This document shows, in pieces, positions 21,138-31,416 of a DNA stretch of 64,000 bases (position 1 is its first letter; each line of letters starts with the position of its first letter). The translations under genes were made by a program, and so were the position numbers. This DNA is from an uncultured Lachnospiraceae bacterium (lineage in GTDB: Bacteria > Bacillota > Clostridia > Lachnospirales > Lachnospiraceae). The notes under the pieces are model-generated. The model worked only from the letters and a program-made list of their open reading frames with translations. It searched no databases and was not told the DNA's origin. The stretch lies in the NCBI GenBank assembly GCA_910585635.1, contig CAJUFE010000014.1:3675-67674 (forward strand), given 5' to 3'.

Positions 21138-24100
21138 TCACTCTGCCTTATAGACATCCACCAGCTTCTTCAGATATGCATATCTGGCCTTGGATTCTGC
21201 CTCGTTCTTAGCGAACAGCTTCGCCGCTCTCTCCGGATTCTTCATAGCCAGGGACAGGTAACGGACCTCGCCCTTCAGATAATCCTGGTAGCCTTCCATC
21301 TTCGGCTCCTTGCTGTCTAAGGAGAACTTGTTCTCAGCAGCCGGATTGAAGCGGAACAGATGCCAGTAGCCGCACTCCACAGCCAGCTTCTCTTCGGTCT
21401 GTGCCTTCGCCATGCCCTTCTTGATCCCATGGTTGATACAGGGAGCATATGCGATGATCAGGGACGGACCCGGATAAGCCTCTGCCTCGGAGATCGCCTT
21501 CACGGTCTGTGCATAGTCGGCGCCCATGGAGATCTGTGCTACATAAACGTAGCCATAGCTCATGGCGATGGAAGCCATATCTTTCTTCTTCACTTCCTTA
21601 CCGCCTGCTGCGAACTGTGCCACAGCGCCGGTAGGTGTAGCCTTGGAGGACTGTCCGCCGGTGTTGGAATAGACCTCGGTGTCATATACCATGATGTTGA
21701 TGTCCTTGCCGGACGCCAGCACGTGATCCACACCGCCGAAGCCGATATCATAAGCCCATCCGTCACCGCCGAAGACCCACTGGGACTTCTTGGCTAAGAA
21801 ATCTTTGTTCTTGACGATATCCTGGCAGGTGGGGCAGTCGCAGCCTTCTAACGCAGCCACCAGCTTGTCCGTAGCATCGCCGTTAGTAGCGCCTACATTG
21901 TAGGTGTCTAACCACTCCTTGCAGGCCGCCTTCACTTCATCGGAAGCCTGATCGGAAGCCATCACGGACTCCACCTTTGCCTGTAAGCCTTCGCGGATCG
22001 CGTTCTGTGCCAGCAGCATGCCGTAACCGAACTCCGCGTTATCCTCGAACAGGGAGTTGCTCCATGCAGGACCCTGTCCCTTGGCGTTCACGGTGTAAGG
22101 CGTGGACGGTGAAGAGTTGCCCCAGATCGAGGAACAGCCAGTAGCATTAGCGATATACATCCTGTCGCCGAAGAGCTGGGTGATCAGCTTCGCATAGGGG
22201 GTCTCGCCGCAGCCTGCGCAGGCGCCGGAGAACTCCAGGAGGGGCTGCTTGAACTGGGAGCCCTTAACGGTGTTGGGTTTGAACTTCGCAACGATCTCTT
22301 CCTTGACCCCTAAGGACTGGCCAAAGTCGAACACCGGCTGCTCGTCCAGATGATCGGCAAGCTTCTCCATGGTCAGAGCCTTGTTGCCCTTCATGCCCGG
22401 GCAGACGTTCGCGCAGGAGCCGCATCCGGTACAGTCGAGAGCGGAAACGGTCATGGAGAACTTGTAGCCTGGCATACCGGTCATATCCTTCATCAGCATC
22501 CCTTCGGGAGCCTTAGCAGCTTCGTCAGCCGTCATAGCTACCGGACGGATGACCGCGTGAGGACAAACATAGGAACAGAAGTTACACTGGATACAGTTAT
22601 CCGGGTTCCATACCGGGACGTTCACAGCGATACCGCGCTTCTCATATGCGGAGGAGCCGGAGGGGGTGGAACCGTCTACATACTCGTTAAATGCGGATAC
22701 AGGCAGGGTGTTGCCTTCCTGTGCGGAGACCTTGGTCTGGATGTTGTTGACGAAATCCACCACATCCTTGCGGCCCTCGGTCACCACCTGATAATCCAGG
22801 CCCTCATCCTTAGCATCCTTCCAGCTATCCGGCACGTCTACTGCATGGACGTTCTTGGCGCCGGCGTCGATCGCGGCCCAGTTCTTCTCCACCACGTCCT
22901 GACCCTTGCGGCCATAGCTCTTCTGGGCGGCATCCTTCATCAGCTGGTTCGCCTTCTCTGCCGGGATGATGCCGGTGAGCTCGAAGAACGCGGACTGTAA
23001 GATCGTGTTGATACGGGTGGGGCCCATACCGGTCTCGATACCGATCTTCACACCGTCGATGGTGTAGAACTTGATCTTGTGATCGGCGATGAACTTCTTC
23101 ACCTGGCCTGGCAGATGCTGCTCTAACTCCGCATCGGACCATGGGCAGTTCAGCAGGAAGGTGCCGCCGTCCACTAATTCCTGTACCATGTTGTACTTAC
23201 GGATGTAAGCCGGGTTATGGCAGGCCACGAAGTTCGCCTTGTGGATCAGGTAGGTGGACTTGATCGGGGTATGTCCGAAACGCAGGTGGGACATGGTCAC
23301 ACCGCCGGACTTCTTGGAATCATAATCAAAGTATGCCTGTGCATACATATCGGTGTTATCACCGATGATCTTGATGGAGTTCTTGTTGGCGCCTACGGTA
23401 CCGTCCGCGCCAAGGCCCCAGAACTTACAGTTGGTGGTCCCTTCGGGAGTGGTCACTAAGGGAGCGCCCAGCTTTAAGGACAAGTTGGTCACGTCATCCT
23501 CGATCCCTAAAGTGAACATCTTCTTCTCGGTGTTCTCGTAGACAGCCACGATCTGCGCCGGGGTGGTATCCTTGGAGCCTAAGCCGTAACGGCCGGAAAG
23601 GATCGGGACAGCGTCGAACTTGGAGCCCTTTAATGCAGCCACTACATCTAAGTATAACGGCTCGCCTAAAGCGCCCGGCTCTTTCGTCCTGTCTAATACG
23701 GTGATCTTCTTAACGGTATCCGGGATCGCGTCGATCAGAGCGGATGCGGAGAACGGCCTGTACAGACGTACCTTCACCACGCCCACCTTCGCGCCGCTGG
23801 TCTTCACCATATAGTCGATGGTCTCTTCGATCGTATCATTGACAGAGCCCATGGCCACGATCACCTGCTCTGCGTCCGCAGCGCCGTAGTAGTTGAACAG
23901 CTTATAGTCGGTGCCGATCTTGGCGTTGACCTTGTCCATGTATTCCTGGACCACTGCCGGAAGTGCATCATAATAGGGGTTGCAGGCCTCGCGTGCCTGG
24001 AAGAAGATATCCGGGTTCTGCGCGGAACCTCTCTGGCAAGGATGGTTCGGGTTCAGTGCATGGGCACGGAATGCCTCTACCGCATCCATATCCACCATAT

Positions 24101-24677
24101 CCTTTAAGTCCTCATAGTCCCAGGTCTCGATCTTCTGGATCTCATGGGAGGTACGGAAACCATCAAAGAAGTTGATGAACGGCACTTTGCCCTTGATCGC
24201 TGCACAGTGTGCCACTGGGGTCAGATCCATGACCTCCTGTACGCTGGATTCACACAGCATGGCACAGCCGGTCTGACGGCAGGCCAGAACGTCGGAATGA
24301 TCCCCAAAGATCGATAATGCGTGGGAAGCGATCGCACGAGCGGAAACATTGATCACGCCTGGGAGCTGCTCGCCTGCGATCTTGTACAGGTTCGGGATCA
24401 TCAGCAGCAGACCCTGAGAAGCGGTGTAGGTGGTAGTCAACGCACCAGCAGATAAAGAGCCGTGCACAGCGCCTGCTGCGCCAGCCTCAGACTGCATCTC
24501 GGTGACCTGTACGGTCCGTCCGAAGATGTTGGTCCTCCCGTCGGTCGCCCACTCATCCGTATGCTCAGCCATGACAGATGAAGGCGTGATCGGGAAGATG
24601 GCAGCCACGTCCGTATACGCATACGACGCATGGGAAGCAGCCTGGTTACCATCCATGGTTTTCATTTTTCTTGCCAT
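21138..24677 (-). CDS. nifJ: Pyruvate:ferredoxin (flavodoxin) oxidoreductase
   Basis: FPITPSS, EMQSEAGAAG, two CxxCxxCxxxCP ferredoxin motifs, GACAGCGE, GGDGWAYDIG. Confidence 0.97.
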   Translation of the reverse strand: MARKMKTMDGNQAASHASYAYTDVAAIFPITPSSVMAEHTDEWATDGRTNIFGRTVQVTEMQSEAGAAGAVHGSLSAGALTTTYTASQGLLLMIPNLYKIAGEQLPGVINVSARAIASHALSIFGDHSDVLACRQTGCAMLCESSVQEVMDLTPVAHCAAIKGKVPFINFFDGFRTSHEIQKIETWDYEDLKDMVDMDAVEAFRAHALNPNHPCQRGSAQNPDIFFQAREACNPYYDALPAVVQEYMDKVNAKIGTDYKLFNYYGAADAEQVIVAMGSVNDTIEETIDYMVKTSGAKVGVVKVRLYRPFSASALIDAIPDTVKKITVLDRTKEPGALGEPLYLDVVAALKGSKFDAVPILSGRYGLGSKDTTPAQIVAVYENTEKKMFTLGIEDDVTNLSLKLGAPLVTTPEGTTNCKFWGLGADGTVGANKNSIKIIGDNTDMYAQAYFDYDSKKSGGVTMSHLRFGHTPIKSTYLIHKANFVACHNPAYIRKYNMVQELVDGGTFLLNCPWSDAELEQHLPGQVKKFIADHKIKFYTIDGVKIGIETGMGPTRINTILQSAFFELTGIIPAEKANQLMKDAAQKSYGRKGQDVVEKNWAAIDAGAKNVHAVDVPDSWKDAKDEGLDYQVVTEGRKDVVDFVNNIQTKVSAQEGNTLPVSAFNEYVDGSTPSGSSAYEKRGIAVNVPVWNPDNCIQCNFCSYVCPHAVIRPVAMTADEAAKAPEGMLMKDMTGMPGYKFSMTVSALDCTGCGSCANVCPGMKGNKALTMEKLADHLDEQPVFDFGQSLGVKEEIVAKFKPNTVKGSQFKQPLLEFSGACAGCGETPYAKLITQLFGDRMYIANATGCSSIWGNSSPSTPYTVNAKGQGPAWSNSLFEDNAEFGYGMLLAQNAIREGLQAKVESVMASDQASDEVKAACKEWLDTYNVGATNGDATDKLVAALEGCDCPTCQDIVKNKDFLAKKSQWVFGGDGWAYDIGFGGVDHVLASGKDINIMVYDTEVYSNTGGQSSKATPTGAVAQFAAGGKEVKKKDMASIAMSYGYVYVAQISMGADYAQTVKAISEAEAYPGPSLIIAYAPCINHGIKKGMAKAQTEEKLAVECGYWHLFRFNPAAENKFSLDSKEPKMEGYQDYLKGEVRYLSLAMKNPERAAKLFAKNEAESKARYAYLKKLVDVYKAE

Positions 24678-24950
24678 TTTTGTTTGTCCTCCTACATGAT
24701 AATGTATAGAATAGTATGATACCCCCGGCATACAGGGATATAGACCTGTTTATATTATAACAACAAAATCATAAAATGCAACTGATCATGGTAAAAAATA
24801 CAATGTTTTTTAGCTGAACGATCGCTGCTGCGGCAACAGCCTCACATAATAAAAAATCTAGTGGAAATCTCCCTATAAATGCTCTATAATGGTAAAGATC
24901 AGCTTCGATCGACCCCTGATCATGTGAGACTAGACACAAAGGAGGTTCTC

Positions 24951-25874
24951 ATGAGACATTTACTCAACCCATTAGACTTTACGGTGGAGGAGATCGACGA
25001 GCTCTTGGCCCTGGCCGGTGAGATCGAGAAGGATCCTTCCCGGTTCGCCCATGTCTGCGACGGCAAAAAGCTGGCCACCTGCTTTTATGAGCCCAGTACC
25101 AGGACACGTCTGAGCTTCGAGTCGGCTATGCTGAGCTTAGGCGGCAGCGTGCTGGGCTTTGCCTCGGCGGATTCCAGCTCTGCGGCCAAGGGCGAGAGCA
25201 TCGCGGACACGATCCGCATCATCTCCTGCTACGCTGATATCTGTGCTGTGCGCCATCCGAAAGAGGGAGCTGCCCTGGTGGCGTCCCTCCACTCCGGCAT
25301 CCCGGTGATCAACGCGGGCGACGGCGGCCATCAGCATCCCACCCAGACCCTGACCGACCTGCTGACCATCCATTCTCTGAAAGGGCGTTTGAGCGATCTG
25401 ACCATCGGTCTGTGCGGCGACCTGAAATTTGGCCGTACCGTCCACTCCCTGATCAATGCCCTTGTCCGGTATCCAGGTGTACGGTTCATCCTGATCTCCC
25501 CGCCTGAATTAAAGATCCCGGAATACATCCGCCAGGACGTGCTGCGGGCGGGCCATGTGGAGTTCAAGGAGCTGGGGAACTTAGATGAGGCCCTTCCAGA
25601 GCTGGACATCCTCTACATGACCCGTGTCCAGAGAGAGCGCTTCTTTAATGAAGAGGATTACATCCGCTTAAAGGATTGCTACATCCTGACCCCGAAGAAG
25701 ATGAAGCTGGCCAAGGAAGACATGTACATCCTCCATCCCCTCCCCCGTGTCAATGAGATCTCTGTGGAGGTGGACAAGGATCCGCGGGCAGCCTATTTCA
25801 GGCAAGCCCAGTACGGTGTCTATATCCGTATGGCCCTGATCATGAAGCTATTGGAGGTGGAGAAGCGATGTTGA
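24951..25874 (+). CDS. pyrB: Aspartate carbamoyltransferase catalytic subunit
   Basis: [30 protein letters not shown]. Confidence 0.97.
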   Translation: MRHLLNPLDFTVEEIDELLALAGEIEKDPSRFAHVCDGKKLATCFYEPSTRTRLSFESAMLSLGGSVLGFASADSSSAAKGESIADTIRIISCYADICAVRHPKEGAALVASLHSGIPVINAGDGGHQHPTQTLTDLLTIHSLKGRLSDLTIGLCGDLKFGRTVHSLINALVRYPGVRFILISPPELKIPEYIRQDVLRAGHVEFKELGNLDEALPELDILYMTRVQRERFFNEEDYIRLKDCYILTPKKMKLAKEDMYILHPLPRVNEISVEVDKDPRAAYFRQAQYGVYIRMALIMKLLEVEKRC

Positions 25875-26299
25875 ACATCGGCGGATTAAAAGAATGGATC
25901 GTCTTAGACCATATCGAAGCCGGAAAGAGCCTGGACATCTATTATCACCTGGGGCTGGACAAGCTGGAATGCCAGGTGGCAATCATCAAGAACGCCAGGA
26001 GCAATAAGATGGGCCGCAAGGATATCATCAAGATCGAAGGCGGGCTGGACAAGATCGATCTGGAGGTACTAGGCTATATCGATCACAACATCACCGTGAA
26101 CATCATCCGGGACAGCCAGATCGTAGACAAGAAGACCGTCAAGCTGCCGAAAAAGATCACCAATATCATCCACTGCAAGAACCCCCGCTGCGTCACCTCC
26201 ATCGAGCAGGAGCTGCCGGATGTGTTCTATCTGGCCGATGAGAAGACCCAGACCTACCGGTGCATGTATTGCGAGGAGAAATACAGCGGGAAGATCTGA
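25868..26299 (+). CDS. pyrI: Aspartate carbamoyltransferase regulatory subunit
   Basis: IVLDHI, CKNPRC and YRCMYCE zinc ligands; overlaps the pyrB stop. Confidence 0.93.
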   Translation: MLNIGGLKEWIVLDHIEAGKSLDIYYHLGLDKLECQVAIIKNARSNKMGRKDIIKIEGGLDKIDLEVLGYIDHNITVNIIRDSQIVDKKTVKLPKKITNIIHCKNPRCVTSIEQELPDVFYLADEKTQTYRCMYCEEKYSGKI

Positions 26300-26397
26300 G
26301 AGCTGGGCCCAGGTGGTGCAGGACGCACATAAACTCCGGTCCACAGACATCGGTCCAGATCCTATAGCGAAAGGATCCCATAAACGCAAAAATGCAG

Positions 26398-26445
26398 AAG
26401 ATCTGCCACACAGAGGATATACCTCATGTTGTGGCAGATCTTTTT
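26398..26445 (+). terminator. Intrinsic terminator after pyrBI
   Basis: aagatctgccaca / tgtggcagatctt followed by a T run. Confidence 0.7.
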
Positions 26446-26595
26446 ATCTTATGCGCGAGCAGGAACTGTCGAAAAACGTCCATATATCGGCAGAGGACCG
26501 CATGGTGTTAAGCGCATCACCTATGCATACTAACGGAGTACTCAGCATTGCGCTCAGCTCATCGTCCCGATGATAAAGCCGGCCCAGAGGACCGC

Positions 26596-28794
26596 TCAGA
26601 CCGTACAGCGTTCCCTGACCAGATGGAACTGGAAGGCGGAATACTCCGGCACCTCCCGGTCGATGGGCAGTCCTGCGCTCATCAGGGCCGCGCCGGAATA
26701 GGTCTCCTTGCTGCCATTGATCGAATACATGGCTCCTGGGTCAAGACCCTTGGCGCGGATGTACTCCTGAGGACCGTTGCAGGTCAGGTTCGTGACCACC
26801 ACGCTCAGGAGGGACTCGTCCTTATCCTTGGTCACATGCTGCCAGGCGGTCATATTCCCCACCTTGAAGGGATCCGTCAGGCGGTAAAAGTCCCCCTTAA
26901 AGGTGATGTGCTGATATTTCCGGAACCGGTCGCTCTGCTCCTTGCAGATCTCCTGCTCCTCTTTGGAAAGGTGGGTGGCATCCAGCTCATAGCCGAAGGT
27001 GCCGCACATGGCCACCACAGCCTTCGTCTCCAGAGAGACGAACTTTCCGCTGTCGGAGATATGAGCGCCCATGGTGCAGGTGGGGTAGACGAAGGAGGTC
27101 CCATAGTGGAGCTTCAGCCGGTCGATCGGATGGTTATTATCGCTGACCCAGTACTGGGGATAGTAATGGAGCATGGCCGGGTCGTACCGTCCGCCGCCGC
27201 CGCTGCAGCCTTCGAAGAGGATATCCGGGTGGGTCAGGATGATCTCGTCCATGACCCGGTACAAGCCCAGGACATAGCGGTGGTAGACCTCCCCCTGCTT
27301 TTCGGCCGGGAGGGCATTGGACCAGATATCTGCCAGGGAGCGGTTGATATCCCACTTTACATAGTAGATGTTGGCATCGTCCAAGATCCCATTGACCTTT
27401 TCGATCACATAGTCCTGGACCTCCCGGCGGCTCATGTCCAATGCGATCTGGTTGCGGCTGCGCACCGCATGCCGGCCTGGGATCTGCATGGCCCATTCCG
27501 GGTGAGCGCGGTAGAGGTCGCTGTCCTCGGAGACCATCTCCGGCTCGAACCAGATCCCAAACTTCATATCTAATGCATTGATCTGCTCCACCAGCTTGTG
27601 GAGGCCGCAGCGGATCTTGTCCTTATTCACATACCAGTCGCCCAGGCCGCTGTTATCGTCATCCCGCTTGCCGAACCAGCCGTCATCCATGACCAGAAGA
27701 TCCACACCCATGTTCTTGGCCGCCTTAGCGATCTTTACCAGCTTCACATCGTCGAAATCCATGAAGGCCGCTTCCCAGCTGTTGATCAGCACCGGACGCT
27801 CCACCTCCGAGACAAACTTGCTGCGGCAGAGGTTGGTCCGATAAAAGTCATGATAGAGATGGCTCAATCCCGTAAGGCCGTGCTCCGAGAACGCCATCAC
27901 CACCTCGGGCCCTTCAAAGGTCTCGCCGGGGGCCAACTGGTACACGAACTGCTTGGGACCGATCCCCATGACCAGGCGCAGCTGGTCGTACTGGTCCAGC
28001 TCTACCTCTGTAAGGAAATTGCCGCTGTACATCAGGGAAAAGCCATAGCATCGGCCATGGTCCTCGGTGGCTTCCCGGTCGCAGAGGATCACAAAGGGGT
28101 TCTGCTGATGGCTGGAGGACCCGCGGACACTGCCGATGTTGTGGATATGGTGGGTCATGGGCTGCCGCTCTACCTGCCGCTCCTGGCCATAGCGCCCCGG
28201 AAGGCTCACTAAGTCAAAGCCGGACCCATTTAAAAAGTCCAGGCAGACAGACATGATCTTCTTCAGCTGGATGGATCCGGTCCCCCGGTTCACCACCTTT
28301 ACAGCCCGGGTGATGATATCCGCCTCCTCGAACACACTATATAAAAGGACTACCTGCACATCACTGGCCCCATCGCAAAGTGTGACCTCCAGCGAGCTCA
28401 CCGTGTCCGTATCTCTGGCGAACACACAGGGCAGGGTATCCAGCTGATATTTCCCGCTCGTGATCTTATAGCCTGCCGTCTTTCCATGGTAGGAATAGCT
28501 GCCGTCGCTGTTGACCACCTCGATGCTAGTGGTGCGGAAATCGCCTTGCTGCTGGGTGGAAAATTCCTGGGGCTGGGCATCCAGAGAAAATGTCCGGGCA
28601 TTGCGGGACTCATAAGGGTTCCCGGAAAATCCCCGGTCATATTGCTTGATCTGATAGCTCATATCGATATCCGGGACCGAAGAGCCATAGTACAGATGCA
28701 GCAGATAGTCCAGATTGCCGATCTTCATCTGATAGGTCGTGTTCTTTGTCTGGAGCGTGATCGTCTTTGCGCTCTCGTTGTAAATGATCGCCAT
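26596..28794 (-). CDS. Alpha-galactosidase, GH36
   Basis: INSWEA, DDGWFGKRDDD, FGIWFEPEMV, YVKWDINR, CSGGGGRYD, WVSDN. Confidence 0.95.
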   Translation of the reverse strand: MAIIYNESAKTITLQTKNTTYQMKIGNLDYLLHLYYGSSVPDIDMSYQIKQYDRGFSGNPYESRNARTFSLDAQPQEFSTQQQGDFRTTSIEVVNSDGSYSYHGKTAGYKITSGKYQLDTLPCVFARDTDTVSSLEVTLCDGASDVQVVLLYSVFEEADIITRAVKVVNRGTGSIQLKKIMSVCLDFLNGSGFDLVSLPGRYGQERQVERQPMTHHIHNIGSVRGSSSHQQNPFVILCDREATEDHGRCYGFSLMYSGNFLTEVELDQYDQLRLVMGIGPKQFVYQLAPGETFEGPEVVMAFSEHGLTGLSHLYHDFYRTNLCRSKFVSEVERPVLINSWEAAFMDFDDVKLVKIAKAAKNMGVDLLVMDDGWFGKRDDDNSGLGDWYVNKDKIRCGLHKLVEQINALDMKFGIWFEPEMVSEDSDLYRAHPEWAMQIPGRHAVRSRNQIALDMSRREVQDYVIEKVNGILDDANIYYVKWDINRSLADIWSNALPAEKQGEVYHRYVLGLYRVMDEIILTHPDILFEGCSGGGGRYDPAMLHYYPQYWVSDNNHPIDRLKLHYGTSFVYPTCTMGAHISDSGKFVSLETKAVVAMCGTFGYELDATHLSKEEQEICKEQSDRFRKYQHITFKGDFYRLTDPFKVGNMTAWQHVTKDKDESLLSVVVTNLTCNGPQEYIRAKGLDPGAMYSINGSKETYSGAALMSAGLPIDREVPEYSAFQFHLVRERCTV

Positions 28795-29012
28795 AGCGTA
28801 CTCCTTTTTACTTGACCGATCCTTATGGGACCGATCCTCTTTGGACAGGTCATAGGTTCTGGGCAGGGGTCCGGACAGGGACTCCCACGCACAGACAGTT
28901 TACCATATCTTGCAGGAAATTTCCTTATACTAATGATGTGTAAAATAGGGAAAATGTGATATGATCAGGTTGCGCTTGACTCTGCTGTGTGCAGATGGTA
29001 AGATTAAACATG

Positions 29013-29048
29013 AAGAAAGGCGGCGATGTTACTGCCGCCTTGGACATG
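29013..29048. repeat. Hairpin-containing repeat, copy A
   Basis: aagaaaggcggcgatgttactgccgccttggacatg; 30/36 identical to 29505-29540. Confidence 0.7.
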
Positions 29049-29056
29049 AACGACCG

Positions 29057-29257
29057 CTATCTTTCTTTGCGTTCGTCTTCTGACCCATCAGTCGCCAGGA
29101 AGCTAGCTGATGGGTCTTTTTCTGTCCGTTCCTTTCTGCGCTGTATGTATGCAGCACCCTTCTCCACTAGGGTGACCGCATGGACAAGGATACCCATCAC
29201 ACAGCCCAGGATGTACAGAAAAGCTGTCACTGGCAGCTTTTCTGCATACTGAGGCAT
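29057..29257 (-). CDS. Possible small membrane peptide (start uncertain, possibly frameshifted)
   Basis: Hydrophobic stretch AFLYILGCVMGILVHAVTLV plus basic tail; the strong AAGGAGG RBS instead precedes an out-of-frame ATG at 29270. Confidence 0.3.
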   Translation of the reverse strand: MPQYAEKLPVTAFLYILGCVMGILVHAVTLVEKGAAYIQRRKERTEKDPSASFLATDGSEDERKER

Positions 29258-29504
29258 CTAAAAAACCCATAGACCCGTCCTCCTTTCTCTGGTGTTTACA
29301 CACCTGCGGCACGGCTCCGGTCTTTCTAGAGCCATCTCGCAGGTGCGCATCCACAGGTCCGGGAGCGCTTGCCTTCCTTCTCTGATGTCTTCGATCTGCC
29401 TTCCATCCTATAGTACAAGATCAGATATCCAGCAGATGATCTTATTATAGCATACTTTGTAAGATAATGGAAGTATGTTTTACAAAAAATCCCTAAAAAG
29501 ATAA

Positions 29505-29540
29505 AAGAAAGGTGGCGATATGGCTGCCACCTTAGACATG
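29505..29540. repeat. Hairpin-containing repeat, copy B (probable terminator of the 29579-31210 gene)
   Basis: aagaaaggtggcgatatggctgccaccttagacatg; U-tract on the minus strand. Confidence 0.7.
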
Positions 29541-29578
29541 GATGATGCTTCCTGTTTTTATCTTCCTTAGCGTTCTTC

Positions 29579-31210
29579 TTACTCCGCGCGGCTAAATCCC
29601 GGGATCACATCTGCCCACCTGCCGATCCCGATCACCGGCTTGGCAAACTCGGTAGCCTGTAGCGACTGGTCTGTATCGATATCCCTGAACACCTGCCAGA
29701 TCATCTTCTTTTCCGTAGGCGCTTCAAAGGACTCTGCCCCCGTATCGTTCTTCCACAGTCCAAAGGAAAAGCTGTCCCCCTGCTCCTGCCGGTTGTCCAC
29801 CTGCCGGTTCAGGAGGAAGCCATCCACGAAGGGGTTGCTCTCTGCTATGTAATAAGCATAGGCGAATGCCGCTGCCTGCTGGAGCTCCACTTCCCCTCTC
29901 GTGGGGCTCTGGGAATTGAACCCGGCTTCCGATAAGAGCAGATGTCGCACCTGGCCGCTGCGGTCGCGCATGGTGGCGGCCTGCATAAAGTCGGTCAGCA
30001 CGTTGAGATTGTTGAAGTTCACCACCTTTGCGTTGGGATGCTGGATGGCGTAGATGCCGTCGTTCCAGAATTCCGGTTCGGTCATCACAGCCGGATAGGG
30101 ATGATAGGCGACGCCCCAGTCGATGTTGCCGCCCTGCCAGGTCTGGGCGTTCCAGGCGGTGAGCAGGTCACGGACCGGATAGTTCGAATGGGGCTGGGCC
30201 GGGTTGACCATGTTCCAGGCATAGCCTAGAGGGATATCGACACGGGCGCAGGCGCTGCTGCTCTTGATAGCGTTATAGAAGATGCGGAAGCTGCGCTCGT
30301 ATTCTTTGAGATAGCTCCCCATATCCATATCGCCGAAGAAATCCCATCTGGGCGCGTCGATCTCGTTGCCGATGATCCAGTTAGCCACCCGCCCTCTCCC
30401 CCGGCCGCTGTAGCGTTCACCCAGGAAGGTGGCGATGGCCTCCACCGTCTCCGCTCCCTCCGGTGTGGCCGCATTGAAGCCATAATAATATACATCCCCC
30501 ATCTCGGTCACGCCGGACCGGTACAGTTCCGGCATGCCAGGCTCCCATGGGTTCAGGATCGTGACCGTGACCCGTATCCCCTGCCTGGTCAGGTCTTCGA
30601 TCACCCGGTCAATCCCACCGATGTTAAGATAGTAGGTCTTCCCGTGGTACTGGTAGGAGGTGGAGGTCGCGCTCCTGGTCTTGGACATCAGCTGGGAGAT
30701 CGGGATGTTGACGATCGCCTGTTTCGTTCCCAGCGCTTTCACATCCGCCAGCTGGCCCGTGTGGATCAGGAGTCCTTTTTTGGACGCCGCTGCCGGGACC
30801 GGCTCCCGGTAGGCAGCGGCCGCCTCCGGGTTGGTCAGGTACATGGGGTCACTGACCTCGGTAAACTGCCCGCCCTGCTTGACTGCCAGGACAAAATGGG
30901 CGAAAAGGAGGCTGTCCCCTTTCCCCTTGTTCAGAGGGATAAGGAATCGCCCGTCTCCCATCGCCGCTGCCCGCAGATGGTCGGTCCTCTGGCCGATGTG
31001 GTCCTCATAGGGCTGCAGGGCGAAGAGATAGATCTGCCCATCATCGGAGGGTACCTCCACCGCCAGCTGATAGGCGACCTCAACCTGCCCGTCCTCCACG
31101 ATCTGGCAGGAGGTGATCGCCACGAGGTTTTGGGCAAAGGAAGGGAATGATAAAAGCAGGAGCATCGATAAAACCAGCAGTAATTTAGAAAACTTATCCT
31201 TTGTTTTCAT
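29579..31210 (-). CDS. Secreted DUF5722-like putative glycoside hydrolase (clan GH-A-like TIM barrel)
   Basis: Signal peptide; SKKGL, WIIGNEID (acid/base), AYHPYP, LLSEAG (nucleophile). Confidence 0.75.
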   Translation of the reverse strand: MKTKDKFSKLLLVLSMLLLLSFPSFAQNLVAITSCQIVEDGQVEVAYQLAVEVPSDDGQIYLFALQPYEDHIGQRTDHLRAAAMGDGRFLIPLNKGKGDSLLFAHFVLAVKQGGQFTEVSDPMYLTNPEAAAAYREPVPAAASKKGLLIHTGQLADVKALGTKQAIVNIPISQLMSKTRSATSTSYQYHGKTYYLNIGGIDRVIEDLTRQGIRVTVTILNPWEPGMPELYRSGVTEMGDVYYYGFNAATPEGAETVEAIATFLGERYSGRGRGRVANWIIGNEIDAPRWDFFGDMDMGSYLKEYERSFRIFYNAIKSSSACARVDIPLGYAWNMVNPAQPHSNYPVRDLLTAWNAQTWQGGNIDWGVAYHPYPAVMTEPEFWNDGIYAIQHPNAKVVNFNNLNVLTDFMQAATMRDRSGQVRHLLLSEAGFNSQSPTRGEVELQQAAAFAYAYYIAESNPFVDGFLLNRQVDNRQEQGDSFSFGLWKNDTGAESFEAPTEKKMIWQVFRDIDTDQSLQATEFAKPVIGIGRWADVIPGFSRAE

Positions 31211-31416
31211 ACTTTCTCCTCATTCGTTCACCATACTTACTTTTAATGCAGATAGGTCCGATCCTTATATGTAGCCTGATCTTTTACAAAGCTGATAGTC
31301 TAAAAAAACTTGGACAAAGGAGACGTACTGTAGAGATACATCTCTTTTCATCGAACGCCTCCCCATCCTTTCACATCATCTCAACTAGACCGGACCATGA
31401 TAGGAGTCAGAGATGA

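Noticed and set aside
25895..25897. PyrI has W where homologues usually have G (EWIVLDHI)
   Set aside because: A single-nucleotide difference that could be a polymorphism or sequencing error; the rest of the gene is intact.
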